Below the pieces are notes generated by a model, which was not told the DNA's origin, ran no database searches, and saw nothing but the letters and a program-made list of their open reading frames with translations. Of a DNA stretch of 64,000 bases, positions 1 through 14,048 are shown one piece after another (the first letter of the stretch is position 1; each line of letters starts with the position of its first letter). Location: NCBI GenBank assembly GCA_002189035.1, contig NEEC01000002.1, forward strand, positions 744,001 to 808,000, read 5' to 3'. This stretch comes from Utricularia gibba. Lineage: Eukaryota; Plantae; Magnoliophyta. The translations under genes and the position numbers were made by a program.

Positions 1-1482
1 CAGAGTTCAGTTGCTTGTGAACAAAGAAAAAAGGTTCCTCGGTTATGATGGCAATGATCAATATACCTTGTCTACATCCATGTGATTACAAAGAGCCGCC
101 CCTGCTGTTGGGCCGTACCCAGAAACAATGTTCAGGACTCCATCAGGAAGGCCAGCCTATCAGATGAATATTGGTACTCATCATTATCGACGCCAGTTTG
201 AAATTCTACTGATATAAAACTCACAGAATGTGGAATGCTGCAAGGTTATGCATTACCTCATGTAATAGCTTTCCTACAAGAAATGCAGATAGCGGAGTTT
301 GCTCTGCTGTTTTGAGAACAATGGTATTCCCACACGCCAGTGCTGGACCAACTTTCCAAGCGAACATGACTAGTGGAAAGTTCCATGGGATAATCTGACC
401 CGCAACACCGATTGGTTCGTGCAGCGTTTGAACATGAAGAGCTCCATCTGCTGGAATAGTCATTCCGTGAATCTTATCTGCCCAGCCTGCAAAATAATAC
501 AAAAAGAAGAGTCACGGAGAATCTGAAGTGTCCTCCAGCATTTATCTGTAGCGATCTTTTGGAAACTCACCAGCGTAGTAACGAAACAGTCGGACAAACA
601 TGGGAACTTCTATTTGAGATGTTTGCTCGTATGGCTTGCCGCTGTCCCAAGTCTCTAGTGCTGCAATCTCATCGTTATTCTGTTCAACCAGATCTGCAAA
701 ACGCAGCAGTATCCTTTGCCTTTCCTGAAGAAACCAAATACTTTCACGAACAAGGACCAAATGAACGTGAGAGAATAATCCAGAAAAGAGTATGTTACAT
801 AAGCAGTCATCCTGGGCCATGGTCCCTCATCAAAAGCCTTTCGTGCTGAAGCTACTGCTCGATTAATGTCTTCCGCTTCACCTTCAGCAACATGTGCAAT
901 CACTTCACCACTTCTAGGGTCCAGTGTTGGGAAAGTTTTCCCTGGTTTCAGAAAACATCATGGGTTAGCCCAGGAAAATACTCCATTTATGCAAAAAACA
1001 AGGACTTTAACCTGATGCTGCATCTACGAACTGTCCATTGATGAGAAGCTTATCATATAGGACGCTAACTGGTGCCTTGATTGGATCTTCAACGGCTGAT
1101 GCCGCTGCTGTGCTGTATCGGTAAATCCCTCTGCCTGCAGATCTTTGCTTTCCTGTAAAAACAGTTTTGATTTCAAAGCTGATGAATCAAAACACATATT
1201 CCATATACTGATCGCATGATTAAACAAACGAAAGAGGGCCTCTCTTTGACTTTAACACACGCAAATCCCTGTTCAAATCTCCCACCAGATTCTCAATAAA
1301 AAAACTCAGATTTGAAAACACGTCCCTGGTTCCACGCACAAAAAGAAAAAGAAAAGCCCGGCTCACTCATCCCCTTATCCACTCCTGATCAGGGTAAAAG
1401 GGAGTGGAGAAAAAAATATACCTCCACGCAAAATCGGATGAAGAGAACGAGATACAAGAGACGCGATCCTCCGAGTGGCCAT
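1..1482 (-). CDS. ALDH2B: Mitochondrial aldehyde dehydrogenase family 2 (ALDH2B-like), 5' part; gene runs off the left edge
   Basis: ATG at 1482 gives the transit-like [20 protein letters not shown]. Spliced exons give [49 protein letters not shown] and [39 protein letters not shown]. Introns are GT-AG. Confidence 0.96.
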
Positions 1483-1849
1483 CTCCGATCAAAAGGCAGC
1501 AGCAGAGAGAAGGTCAGCCACCCGCTTTCCAGTCAATCAATCGACCAGTAACTGAACAATATCCATGCGTAAGTGGATAAACTACAAAAAATATGGAGCA
1601 TTAAGTCCAAAAAGTCAAAATCGTAATTAGGTGGTGGGCTCTCACCTATTACATACCGTCGTGAGATGGGAACTTGCAACGGTGAAGAGAGCACGTTACA
1701 TTCCACAGAAACGTAAGTGAGGACGCAAGTGCAGTGTTGCGTAGGTAACGGAAAGTTACGACTCAAATACGGCTGAAGTTCCATGTTGGTAGAACACACA
1801 AAAAATTTGACGTGCCTATTCCCGCTCTCTTCTTTCACCCCTAACAACC

Positions 1850-1857
1850 CCACGTGG
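1850..1857. promoter_or_regulatory. G-box (CCACGTGG) about 370 bp upstream of the ALDH2 ATG
   Basis: Perfect palindromic CCACGTGG in the upstream region. Function not demonstrated. Confidence 0.35.
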
Positions 1858-2386
1858 TGGATAAGCTGCATCGCGCCATCCATATCTATCTTCTCGGAGA
1901 ATTCATTCGGGTGAGCATCATCGTTTTCCGCCCATTCTCACTCTCGCAGAACACGACCGAGATCATATCCCGTCCGACCCAACGGAAATTGAAGAATATA
2001 CATATTTCTTAGAAAACACTGGAAGTTCTTTCTTATTATTCTTTCCAATAATAAACCCTTCTTGAGAAATCACGAGAAATTCTCAAAATGACCAGTTCTT
2101 CAGTAACATGAATAGTGCGGCTTATCCATCAGAGGATTCCACCAATCTTTGACAACCGCTCGAGTAGGCGATTTTCAAACTGCTTATCAATTTAAAAAAG
2201 TCAAAAGGAATGGCAAGTGGCGGAGATTCAAGCTTCGGAAATATCATACTTTGCAACAGTGTGATGTAGCACACCACGTCCATACACAGAAGCAGATCTG
2301 CGGTTAATGTGGCATCTTGAGGTCAGAAAAGCTCCTCCCACAGTTTACAACGGCAGAAGTAGAAAATTCCCTAATTCCCAGCAGCT

Positions 2387-2980
2387 TTACTTGATAAAAG
2401 GGATCCCAGAAGGTGTTCGCCTACCATATTCCTCGTACTCTGATCCAAAAAACCGCCTCAAGAAGAACTCCTCATAGGGTATCCTCTGATGAAAGAACCT
2501 CCAAACAACTACGGCAAATGCAGCCGTAGAAAGCGGATTACAGAGCATGATTTGAGTACCAATCGACCAGATGAAGAAGCCACAGTAACCGGGGTGCCTA
2601 ATGTAGTGAAAGATTCCATGAGTAATCAGTCTGTGATCCTCATCGCGGCGTACCCTGATGAGATGGGTGAAAGATCTACCTGCAGTAATGATGGCCAACT
2701 TTCGTATGACTTCTCCCACAACAACCATAGACAGGCCAATATGGTTGATTACCCATAGTTCCTTCATCGAGGGAAATACATTTATTTCGATCAAGTACTC
2801 TAACAGAGAACACCCCATCGCTACGACATAGTTTTTGCTGATTAAAAGAGACTTCAAAGTGACATTGTCTCTGCCATGAATAGATAGCGCCAGTACGTAT
2901 TCCGAGCAGTGGAAAAACAAAACAGCAAGAAACATTTCCAGTGAATGTATGCACGCTGTGAAACACAGAAGTTCTGCCAT
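2387..2980 (-). CDS. ICMT: Protein-S-isoprenylcysteine O-methyltransferase (ICMT/STE14), 197 aa, intronless CDS
   Basis: MAELLCFTAC...FFHCSEY...RKLAIITAGRSFTHLI...HRLITHGIFHYIRHPGYCGFFIWSIGTQIMLCNP...RIPYEEFFLRRFFGSEYEEY. The 5'UTR contains introns. Confidence 0.95.
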   Translation of the reverse strand: MAELLCFTACIHSLEMFLAVLFFHCSEYVLALSIHGRDNVTLKSLLISKNYVVAMGCSLLEYLIEINVFPSMKELWVINHIGLSMVVVGEVIRKLAIITAGRSFTHLIRVRRDEDHRLITHGIFHYIRHPGYCGFFIWSIGTQIMLCNPLSTAAFAVVVWRFFHQRIPYEEFFLRRFFGSEYEEYGRRTPSGIPFIK

Positions 2981-4061
2981 TTTGCACCCCAGGCAACCCG
3001 CAAGCTTTCTGGCCGTTACGAGCTCATCTGATATAATCAAGCAGGGAATGTTTCTTGGATTCCAAAGCGATTAAGCTTAAGCTAGCCAACGAGTTCATGA
3101 TAAGATCATGACACCTCGCATTCCTACATACACAAAAGATTTCAACAACAATTAGTCTGTACAAAGCATATCTCAGTTTTGAAATAATCCACAGTTTACC
3201 GAATCCGCATCAATTACACACAAGAACCAAGAAAAGCGTTTCAATTAGAATACGAAACGGTTCTATGCAAATTATACACGACGCATTTCCTATCACTTTT
3301 TCACCTACAGAGAAGACGTACAGAGGCATATTCCACTTCGCTGCGACCTTCAAGATCTCATACCTTGTCACTGCGACCCTAAAATGTGAGAGCCTTCAAG
3401 ATCTTTCAACATTGAAACCTGAGAAGAAGGCGCTAAAATCGAACCCTAAACCACACAGAACGCTGAGTTCTTGCTGAATCTAGCACGCAGATCGCAGAAC
3501 GGACAGATGAAAATGGACCAGGCCAGCCCATTGATCTCTTTTCGCCGACTATATCCAGATGAGCTTTAGCCTTTCGTTTTCTTAGGCCCAAAATGAATAT
3601 TGCTTTTAAAAAAAATAAATGAAATAATTCAATTTTGGTGTTTTAGAAATTAAATCAATTTTATTATAAACAATTTCTGGACTAAAGTATTTTAACTTAA
3701 TCGTAATTAAATTATACATTTGAAAGAATTAAGTAATTATTTTGAATGAACAAATATTATATATTCGATATTAGATCATTGTTCTCGATTTTGGTATGGG
3801 GTGGGACCCGCAAGTAGTCCTTCCAGGAGGTAAAGTTTTTCCATTTATGTATTATATAAAAAGAGAAATGTATTGGTTTAATCAACGGCTCAGATTGATA
3901 CACGTACACAGTGATTGGCTGTTGGCAGCTGAAAAGCGTCCTTTGCAAGCAGAATCTGTGCGTCACCCAACGACGAGACCCGGTGCGACTCTTTTGTGTG
4001 ACTGACCGACTGTTCAACTGAGAGGGGTTTCGTGCAGAATTCGGTTGCCGGCAGAAAGGTT

Positions 4062-5919
<1,858 letters not shown>

Positions 5920-6407
5920 AGACACATCCACAGGAAGCATCTCAATGCACACAACCTAAGACAATTGTGTGATTCAACGATTTTGTTTTTCCAGTTTCTT
6001 GCGTTCCCCACCCTCTTCCAAGTCCTAGTGACATTTGGGTCTGGTTTCAGACATTTAGTGGTTGCTTAATCTGTCTTTCCATTCATGATCTACGATGATT
6101 TTAACATACTTGTCTTTCTTAGTAACAAAATAATCGTTCTCCATTTACTGATTAATTTTTTACCCTGGTTAATGCTTATACTTTGTAGAGAAGATTCATA
6201 TCAGTCATAATATAGATATGTTATCAGTGCAAAGCACCAGTCTCAGATCATTACAAAGAAGTCTCAACACAAGCTTAATGGTAAAAAGCTGCGCCTCATG
6301 GGGTAAAAGATCAGCAAGATAAAGACCTTCATCTAAGAGAACCAGAGTCTATGTTAACCAGCAAGATCATGAACATGTAAGTCTTCAACTTCCGATTGTG
6401 CTCTGAC

Positions 6408-7882
6408 TTATGGTGGATACCTGAAATGATGCAGAGGTTGGTGGTGATATGGTGTCGGCATCGAGCCAGAGGCGCCCATCTTCAGATCATCATGGCATTC
6501 CTCCTCATGGTACTCCTCCTTAGCCACCACCATTTCCTCTCCCACAGGCCTTGTGAAGAGGTGATCCTGATGTTCAAAATGAGTCGATGAAGACGGCACC
6601 GGGACGACGGATGGAAGCTTGGAGAGGAGCGCTTCAAGGCTGCTCATTGATGGTGTTATTTTCATGGGATCAGGGGTGACATGGTCAGAGTAATCAGTAA
6701 CTGGAGGCAAGCTGCTGCTTATGTGCCATCCCTCTGGTGGAGCAGTTTGGGAATCACTTGCTGGAGGATATGCTGATGAAGTTGGATATGGCAATAGCAC
6801 CCCTGGTATGCTCTCTATATAGCTGAACTTCTTCTTTAGCAGAACCACATAATTCAGATCTTCAATCACCTGTGCTCATGCATCATATAAACATTTACTT
6901 AATCGCAACGAGTCGAATAAACCGAATAAAATGCAGATAGGACCAGGACCTTGTGAACAGCCCCTAGTTGAATAACACCTTCTCTAACAGCAACCAACGC
7001 AATTGTCTGCAGAAAGATTCCAAGATGCATGAGTTTAGTAGCTGGAACCTGCACCATCATCTTCTGCTTCAGGGGTGGAGATGGAGATGCTCACCTTTAT
7101 TCCAGATTGAAATTGAGCTTCCCAAGTCCTTGGATGCTGCAGGAAATAAAAGGCAGAGAAGATAAAGAGCAGTGGGTAAAGAACCAGTACTCTGTTCAAT
7201 GGTATGAACTTACTGAATCAGCTGAATGCCATGCAGATAGGAAGTTGATTTCCTGATCATTTGGTTCATTGTGGATCCATTTGTGGCTGTGATCCGCTGC
7301 CACCTTCCCAATCAACCTGCAGCAAAGGAATCACTAAAGAGCAAAAGCAAACGCCTTTTCAGAATGAACAGCTCATACCCCTCTCCGTAATTGTAGATTT
7401 CATGAGACATTTTGAAGAACACCTCAGGCTGCAGCCCCTGGTAATGCTGGAGCTCACAGTTGCCGTAAACCGACGAGCTTCCGCCGCTCGTCTCCGCCGC
7501 CGATGCTGCAAAGTTACAGAAACCATCTTCCCACACCAGTATCCTGGAAAACCCACACATACATAATAATGGTGATGCAGAAAAGCAAGCACAGGAAGAG
7601 GAGAAATGCCAAACCAGTTCCTCCTGTTCCCCCTGGATCTGTCATGGGCTCCTCCCAGACCATCCCACCTATGATCATCAACACATGCTTTCAGATCATC
7701 ACATTGAAGAAATCTATGTAATGGGGAAAAAGAAAGAGTTCAAACTTGGGAGGAGGGTAGTTTCTTGGGAGGATCCTCCAGAACACAGCATACACCCATT
7801 GAGAATTTTCATGGAGGCAGAGACTTCTGAGCGTGTGTTGAAGAAGCTGAGTGACAGCCAGAGAGTTGAACTGTTCCTCCAT
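6408..7882 (-). CDS. RICE SALT SENSITIVE 3-like protein (bHLH-MYC N-terminal domain); apparent 1-bp deletion at 7627-7628
   Basis: MEEQFNSLAVTQLLQHTLRSLCLHENSQWVYAVFWRILPRNYPPPK, ILVWEDGFCNFAA, ELFFKMSHEIYNYGEG and C-terminal SMSSLEALLSKLPSV. Exon 2 reads the conserved SRGNRRNW and keeps splice phase only if one A is added. Confidence 0.88.
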
Positions 7883-10599
7883 CTGGTTGCTAGCCTCCAA
7901 GTCCTCTTTTTTTGCTACACCTTCCACAGGGAGAAGAAGATCAGTCCCTCTCACTCTCTTTTCCTTTTCAATTTAAAAGTTCCTCCTGCATTGCCACAAA
8001 TGAAAGAAGCAAAACCCCAACACCACTTTACTCACTTTGTATGAAGCCACCCCCCCACCTTCATATACATCCCTACTCACACCCCCTCCCCTTTTCTCCT
8101 CCAATTTTTTAAATTCATTCTAATTTTATTTAATTATCCATTAATTTTTTAAAATATCATCATATCTTTAATATTAAATTCTCCTTATAGACTATATTAT
8201 TTATTTCAATATACCATAAAAATCCAAATGTTCTTCATTTTCAAATTTATATCCATACATTTTAACAATCCTCTAAAAAACCTTCAATTTGCATGGCTGT
8301 AAGGTCTCATTTGAGAAAGTATGGAAGTATGCTTGAGAAATTCTAGAAATCTTGTACTAGAACTTTTATTCACTGTAATCTTCCAAATTAAACTTATTTG
8401 AAATAGTGTATTTTAGAAAGAGTGATGCCTGGTTTCAATGATTGAGGCGACCAGGTCCAGTGAATCAAATCTGTTGAGATTTTAGGGATAGAATGCTGCT
8501 TTATTTTGCAGCAGGCTGAGGCTGCCTTGCCAACACAAAAAGGTCATTACCATGCTTTTGACTCCTCCTTCACCCCCTTCCTTACCAAAAGCCAGCTAAA
8601 TATTCCATTTCTTTTTTATTTATAAAAATAAAATCTGCTTCCATGGAACATTCTTTATTTTGGATGATCACTGACATATTGTATTTCACATACAAGTAAA
8701 AAAATACATATAGAATTATTATTTTTTTCACACAATATTTGACATATGATTAAGTTTCTAATTATACTTGGTTTGTGATGAAGCAAAAAAAAAACCCCAA
8801 CAATTTCCTAAAATTGCCCCCCAATGGATACCCCTTTTGGAAAGTTTCATAATAAAAAAATAATTTTCAGGCTCAGCTTTAATTATTTTCTTCCCCTTTA
8901 AAGCGCTTGATAAGATGCAGCAAAAAAGATGAGCCCCGCCCTTCTTGATTCCGCCCCAGCAAAATCGCATTGGGAGATGCGCCCACGGGCATTATTTTTC
9001 AATTCATTTCTTTTTAATAAAATCAATTTTCTATTCCGAAAATAAATTTATATTATTATTATTATTTTGCCGGGAAAAAGGGATGGTCAAAGGGATCGAG
9101 CTTTCCAGTGAACAGAGCGCATTCGGCGTCAATTGTGTGAAAATGTTGGGGGGACGTCGGAAACCCTACCGGCGGAGGATGAGGAAGGTGTCCGAACGCC
9201 GGGTGTCGGGATCCGTCGACACGTCACGAGGCCCGGAGGAGGAGCAGCCGCATTCCGCTCGCCGCCAAGATTACCTAACCGTTCGGGGCCCAACACCACC
9301 CCCAAATGCGCACAGTTGAGGTAACCCGTCCTCCGCAACAGGTTAAACCGGCAACTGTTTACTGGTTTTGAATCTGGGCCGTCCACGTGTTCCTCTTCTT
9401 GTGAGGTGTCATGTCATCAAGCTTTGTTAACCACATAAAATAATGTATTTCTTTTTTTATATTAAATTTTATTTTCATTTATTTGTAATATATATTATAT
9501 ATCCATTATGTATCGATACTAAATATGGAATCATTTATAAATGATATTTCACTACTTTGGAGTCATCTGAAAATTATCCATCATAGATTTGAACAATATT
9601 ATTCGTTTTGTATATTTAATCTTTATTTTTTTACATTATATTGTTTTGAAAATAAACTCTTATTCTATTCTATTAGTAATTGATTATTATTTTAGCTTAT
9701 AAAGATTTAAAGATTTAGGGTTTAACATAAGATTACTTGGTAGGAATCAAAACATGATCCTAGAGATTTGAACCAGAGGAATGCACCTGTAAACTTAACT
9801 ACTCTTTTCTTTTCGCAGTCTGGGGTAAGCAAAGCAAGGTCGGATGGGTGCCTCCCTCCATGGATGCTGGTTGACCTAACAGATTACTGCACGAGCTTTT
9901 TCGGTGTTGATCTGATTTGAACGACAAAGGGGGAGCGAAACTAAAAGTAAAGGCGAAAGGTGACAATAGCGAGTACCCAATCCCTTTTTCCATTTCCATG
10001 CGCATGTTAGCTGATGCGGTCGCCAAGGGGAAAGACTCCAAGGCTTCACGTGAACCCGTTTGATGGGAATTTTGAACTGCGGGGGGTGTTGGCATCGACA
10101 ACACGAGATGGAGGCCTTGTGGGAGGGGAGGTTTTCGCATCATTTGGGTCAGGAATTCAACCAGAAACTTGAGTTCCGAGCCTCGAAGTAGCTGTTAGAA
10201 TGTCTGGTACCCACTCTGCTTGTCAATCCAACATGAAGGGACCGACCCTGCCAGGTAGCATACAGTTCATGTGATCTTAACTTTTACTACGAAAAGTAGA
10301 TGATTGTAGTAGAATTATTTTTAAATTTGATATATCTGTTGTTTAGAAAGAGTGGAAATGAGCTCAGGATAATGGCTGTGAGTAAAATGGTCAGGGCTCT
10401 GAGTTCAAAGTACAAAATGAACAAAAAAGATGGAAGCCCAACTTCAAATCTTCATATACCACATGTTTCTGTAGCAGAAGACGAGGAAGATGCAACAACT
10501 AGACTTGAAGCAAAGCAGAGCTTTTCTCTATGACAACTGAAGAGCAGACTGAATTTATGGCGCATCCATTTATTGTCTACACTGACTGGCATTCAAAAT

Positions 10600-12795
10600 T
10601 AATACATCCTAAGGACCTCAGTCAAAGATCCATCCACCTTTACATGATGCAGGAATCTAGGGAAGTAACGGCTACCAAAAGGTACTTCTGATGAGCTGTG
10701 ACGACTGGGTTTGGTTTCTTGTTCTTGAAATTGACTTGTTAAAGATGAATCCCAAGTCAACTGTTGGCCATCACTTATCCTTTAAGGGGAGGATACGTAC
10801 ACTTGTCTTTGAGTTTAGTGATCTGTTGTGGTGAGCATTTTGGGAGGCTCTGGCAGTTGAATTTGCCTCCAACTTCTTAAGAAACTACATTAAGTTCCTT
10901 GTCTGAGCAAAAACACAAGCCAAACTGAACAAATTATGTGAAGATCTGGATTGTAGGACATACCTCTTTCAACTTTTGGGGTTTGTTGTCAGAATTTGTG
11001 GAAGCGCTGCTGGGTGAAAACCCGGTTGGATGTTTCTTATCATAAGTATGCACCTTAAGAGATCTGCCATTAATAGTTCATCTGGTGAAGATAAGGTTCC
11101 AATGAAGAACACTGCAAATGAAAATGACAGTCGAATGATTTTGTAAATCATCTTCAGGGAATACAGCAGTCTCACCCTGAAGGCAGAGGGTTTGATCTTG
11201 TTCCGGATGGAGTCTTGTTTGCAGGATCCTTCTTCAGCCTAGAACACAAAATTCTGGGTGCTATAAGTACTCAAAAAACAACAGCATAGTAAGCACTAAC
11301 TGACAAACTGCACTGGTCCTAGAAACTCACAGAAACACTTGAGTAGTGTTCCATATTTATCTAGTTCTAGCTCAGGCTAAAGATGCACTAGTTAAGTTTA
11401 TATATCTATCCTGGGAATGACAGCCATCGCTCTGAGGACGGTTCTTGAGAAAATTCATTACCTTTCATTCACCTTAACAGGTGTGCGAGAAATGGGCATC
11501 TTTGGTTCGGCTGCAGCCGGTGATTCCTGCATAGACAGTAAATAGTAAAATATGGCGACGCAGATGCTCTGCTTAGCAGACGTACAAATTATCTGAAAAA
11601 GAAAAGATGTCATAAAGATGGGACCACTAACATGCTTCATGGTTAGATTCTTAGCAGGGGAAGAAGAAGCATAATCCCTCTTCTGGAAAGTCCTGAAAGC
11701 TCTTCTAACAATTTCCTTATCCCCCAATTTCTCCATTATCAAAGATTTTCTCATTACTGAATGATCACCCAATGAGGATTCAGTAGCCGAGTTCATCGAT
11801 AGGTGCAAGGATTTGGGAGCTAGTCCTTTGCTATATCCGGTCACAGAGTTCTTACGATGTGGCTGCTGCGGTGTTCCAGTCTTTTTCCTCAAGTAGTGAG
11901 TAGCAGAAGTTGGAGGAGAAGCCAACAGTGACCTTGAATTTCTAGAAGCCTGTAATCCCCTGGATGCAGGAGATACAACTGTCTTCCTGGTTCCTGATAA
12001 ACATTTATCCTTCTTTTTCTTGGGATCCTAAGAGTCAGATTCAAAAAGAAAAATTTGTAATGCTCTCAATACTACAAGAGAAGGGGCATAGCAAGTTTCA
12101 GTTTTTACCTTTTGAACGGCATTCCCGGTGTCCTCACCATGCTTCTCTGGGACATTTGTTTGTTCTGATTGGTTTTCAGCCGTAGTAAGAAAGTTCTCTT
12201 GAGAAGGATCTACCACATTCAAACCAGCATCGTTACTCAAACTCAACTCGGAATGATCTAGATCACCATTCAGCTCTTCCAGCGGTTCCTCTTCCCCAGG
12301 GCTCCCATGATTCACAGCAATGGCATTGCCTACTCCTACCTCCTCGTCGTTCACAGGAATTGCATTATCCATTGAAGAAGTCTTAAAGGTTTGGGGTTCA
12401 GACCCCATAAAAGATATGGAGTTACCATTTTCCACATGAGGAGAAATACTCTCACAGGATTTCTCCAGAACCTCTTCAACCATATTCACTGTGTTCGTGG
12501 TTCCTGGCTCATCATACACATCAGATGAATCACTGACAAAACCTGAAACACATGATTCTAATTGCTTCTCCTTCTCCAATGCCTCAGCTTTCTGAGCTGC
12601 AATCTTCTTGTAATGAGCCTCAAAATACGCCCTCTTCTGTGCTACGGATCCTGGAGTAGATAAACTTCCAACTTCTTCTAAATACTTATTGGGTGAGAAA
12701 GATGACCATTTCTCCCACGAAAGCACATCATTCTCAAATCTCCCAAATGAAACTGACGCTTGAAGCCTTGCATCAGATTTCAAATAGTGATCCAT
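10600..12795 (-). CDS. WVD2-like 7 / TPX2-family microtubule-associated protein; 3' end approximate
   Basis: N-terminal family motif SVSFGRFENDVLSWEKWSSFSPNKYLEEVGSLSTPGSVAQKRAYFEAHYKKIAA and middle motif DKEIVRRAFRTFQ. A degenerate C-terminal KLKE|FLKKLE is split by an intron near 10880-10965. Confidence 0.82.
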
Positions 12796-14048
12796 CTGTT
12801 CCCAAATTCAAGATCTTCCGCAGGGTACTGCTTCGGCAACAAACTACCAAGTCAAGGCATAATATTGTAACAAGATCTTCATCTACAAGGTCAAATCTAT
12901 CCTAAACTCAAAACTTAACCTTCCGTAGCTCTACAGAATCTCATGGAAAATAAACAGAATCCACCCCCAAATACAAGTTTCTCAAATCATCCTCCGCCCG
13001 TTCTAATGGAGAACAGTAACAGTTCCGTGGCCACAAAAACAAGAAAAAAAGCACACCCAAAAAAGAAACATGCATCTCCCACCAAACGCTCAAACTATTC
13101 GCACATTCACAAAAATATGCAAGGATAAAATGGTGAAACTAACCAAAAAAGAAAAGCACCCAGCAACAAAAGCTAGCTCTTCGGCCTGGCTCGTTCCTCA
13201 CCTTGCTGAATGAAGCCTCTCCAGCTACTTACTCTCCGCGAACAAAAAGACATTAAGTTAGTTGAGAGAGAATGAAGAATCCGTGTAAAGTTTTATACGG
13301 TTGAAGATCGAATGATTTATCGACGTATTGAGGTAGGCAGCGGCCCACTCCAAAGAGAGAGAGAGTTGCTCTGAAACTGCAGCAGAGCTAGTGCCAGTTG
13401 AGCAAGAAACCAAGAGTAGCGCTCGGCACGTGCCAGATCGGAGGTGGGCACGTGCGGGGACCGAGGCCGCCGCGTAAAAGGTGAAACCGCAAAATCCCGG
13501 TAAAAAGGTGTTCTTTTTCTTTCTTTTGCAGGGGTAAAAGAGACGATGTTTTTCCACATTCCATTCGAGATGTACCTGCTGCTGCTAACCTTGTACGTCA
13601 TTCCAGTGGCCTCACTGTAACATGGTTGGATGCAGCTGCCAACAAGACAACCATCCACGTATCCAAGATGTGCTCATCCATGGTATTCACACAAGCACAT
13701 GCCTCTACAGAAGCAAATCCATGGACTTGGATTGCTGTCTCCATTTTTTTTCATTTTTTCGACAGATGGAGGAGACCCATTGAAGCTGAAGACTTGAAGA
13801 CCTCCATACTCAAGGAGAAGATGGAACGAGTAATTAGAAAGTGAGGCCTCAGATATATGAAGAAAGCAATGGAAGATGCCTCTACAGAATCAATAGAATG
13901 AATATATCATCACTTACGCTTTCTAGCTAGCCAGATTCCGAGTTCTCCAAACCTCATTTTCAGACACTTTGGAATCGAATCTCGGTGTTTATTCCAAAGC
14001 ATGTCTGGTTGGGAGTTCATATGGGCCAAAAAATCGTGTACCATGAGT

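Noticed and set aside
9070-9400. Telomerase RNA candidate because of GGAAACCCTACC
   Set aside because: The template-like stretch is too short, there is no USE/TATA Pol III promoter upstream, and I saw no recognisable plant TR pseudoknot.
10623-10695. C/D snoRNA-like ATGATGC...CTGA with short flanking stem
   Set aside because: Only about 50 nt, imperfect C box, and antisense to the probable last WDL exon.
13205-13225. Partial miR166-like sequence (AGGCTTCATTC on the minus strand)
   Set aside because: Only 11 nt match, there is no hairpin, and it lies in the WDL 5'UTR exon.
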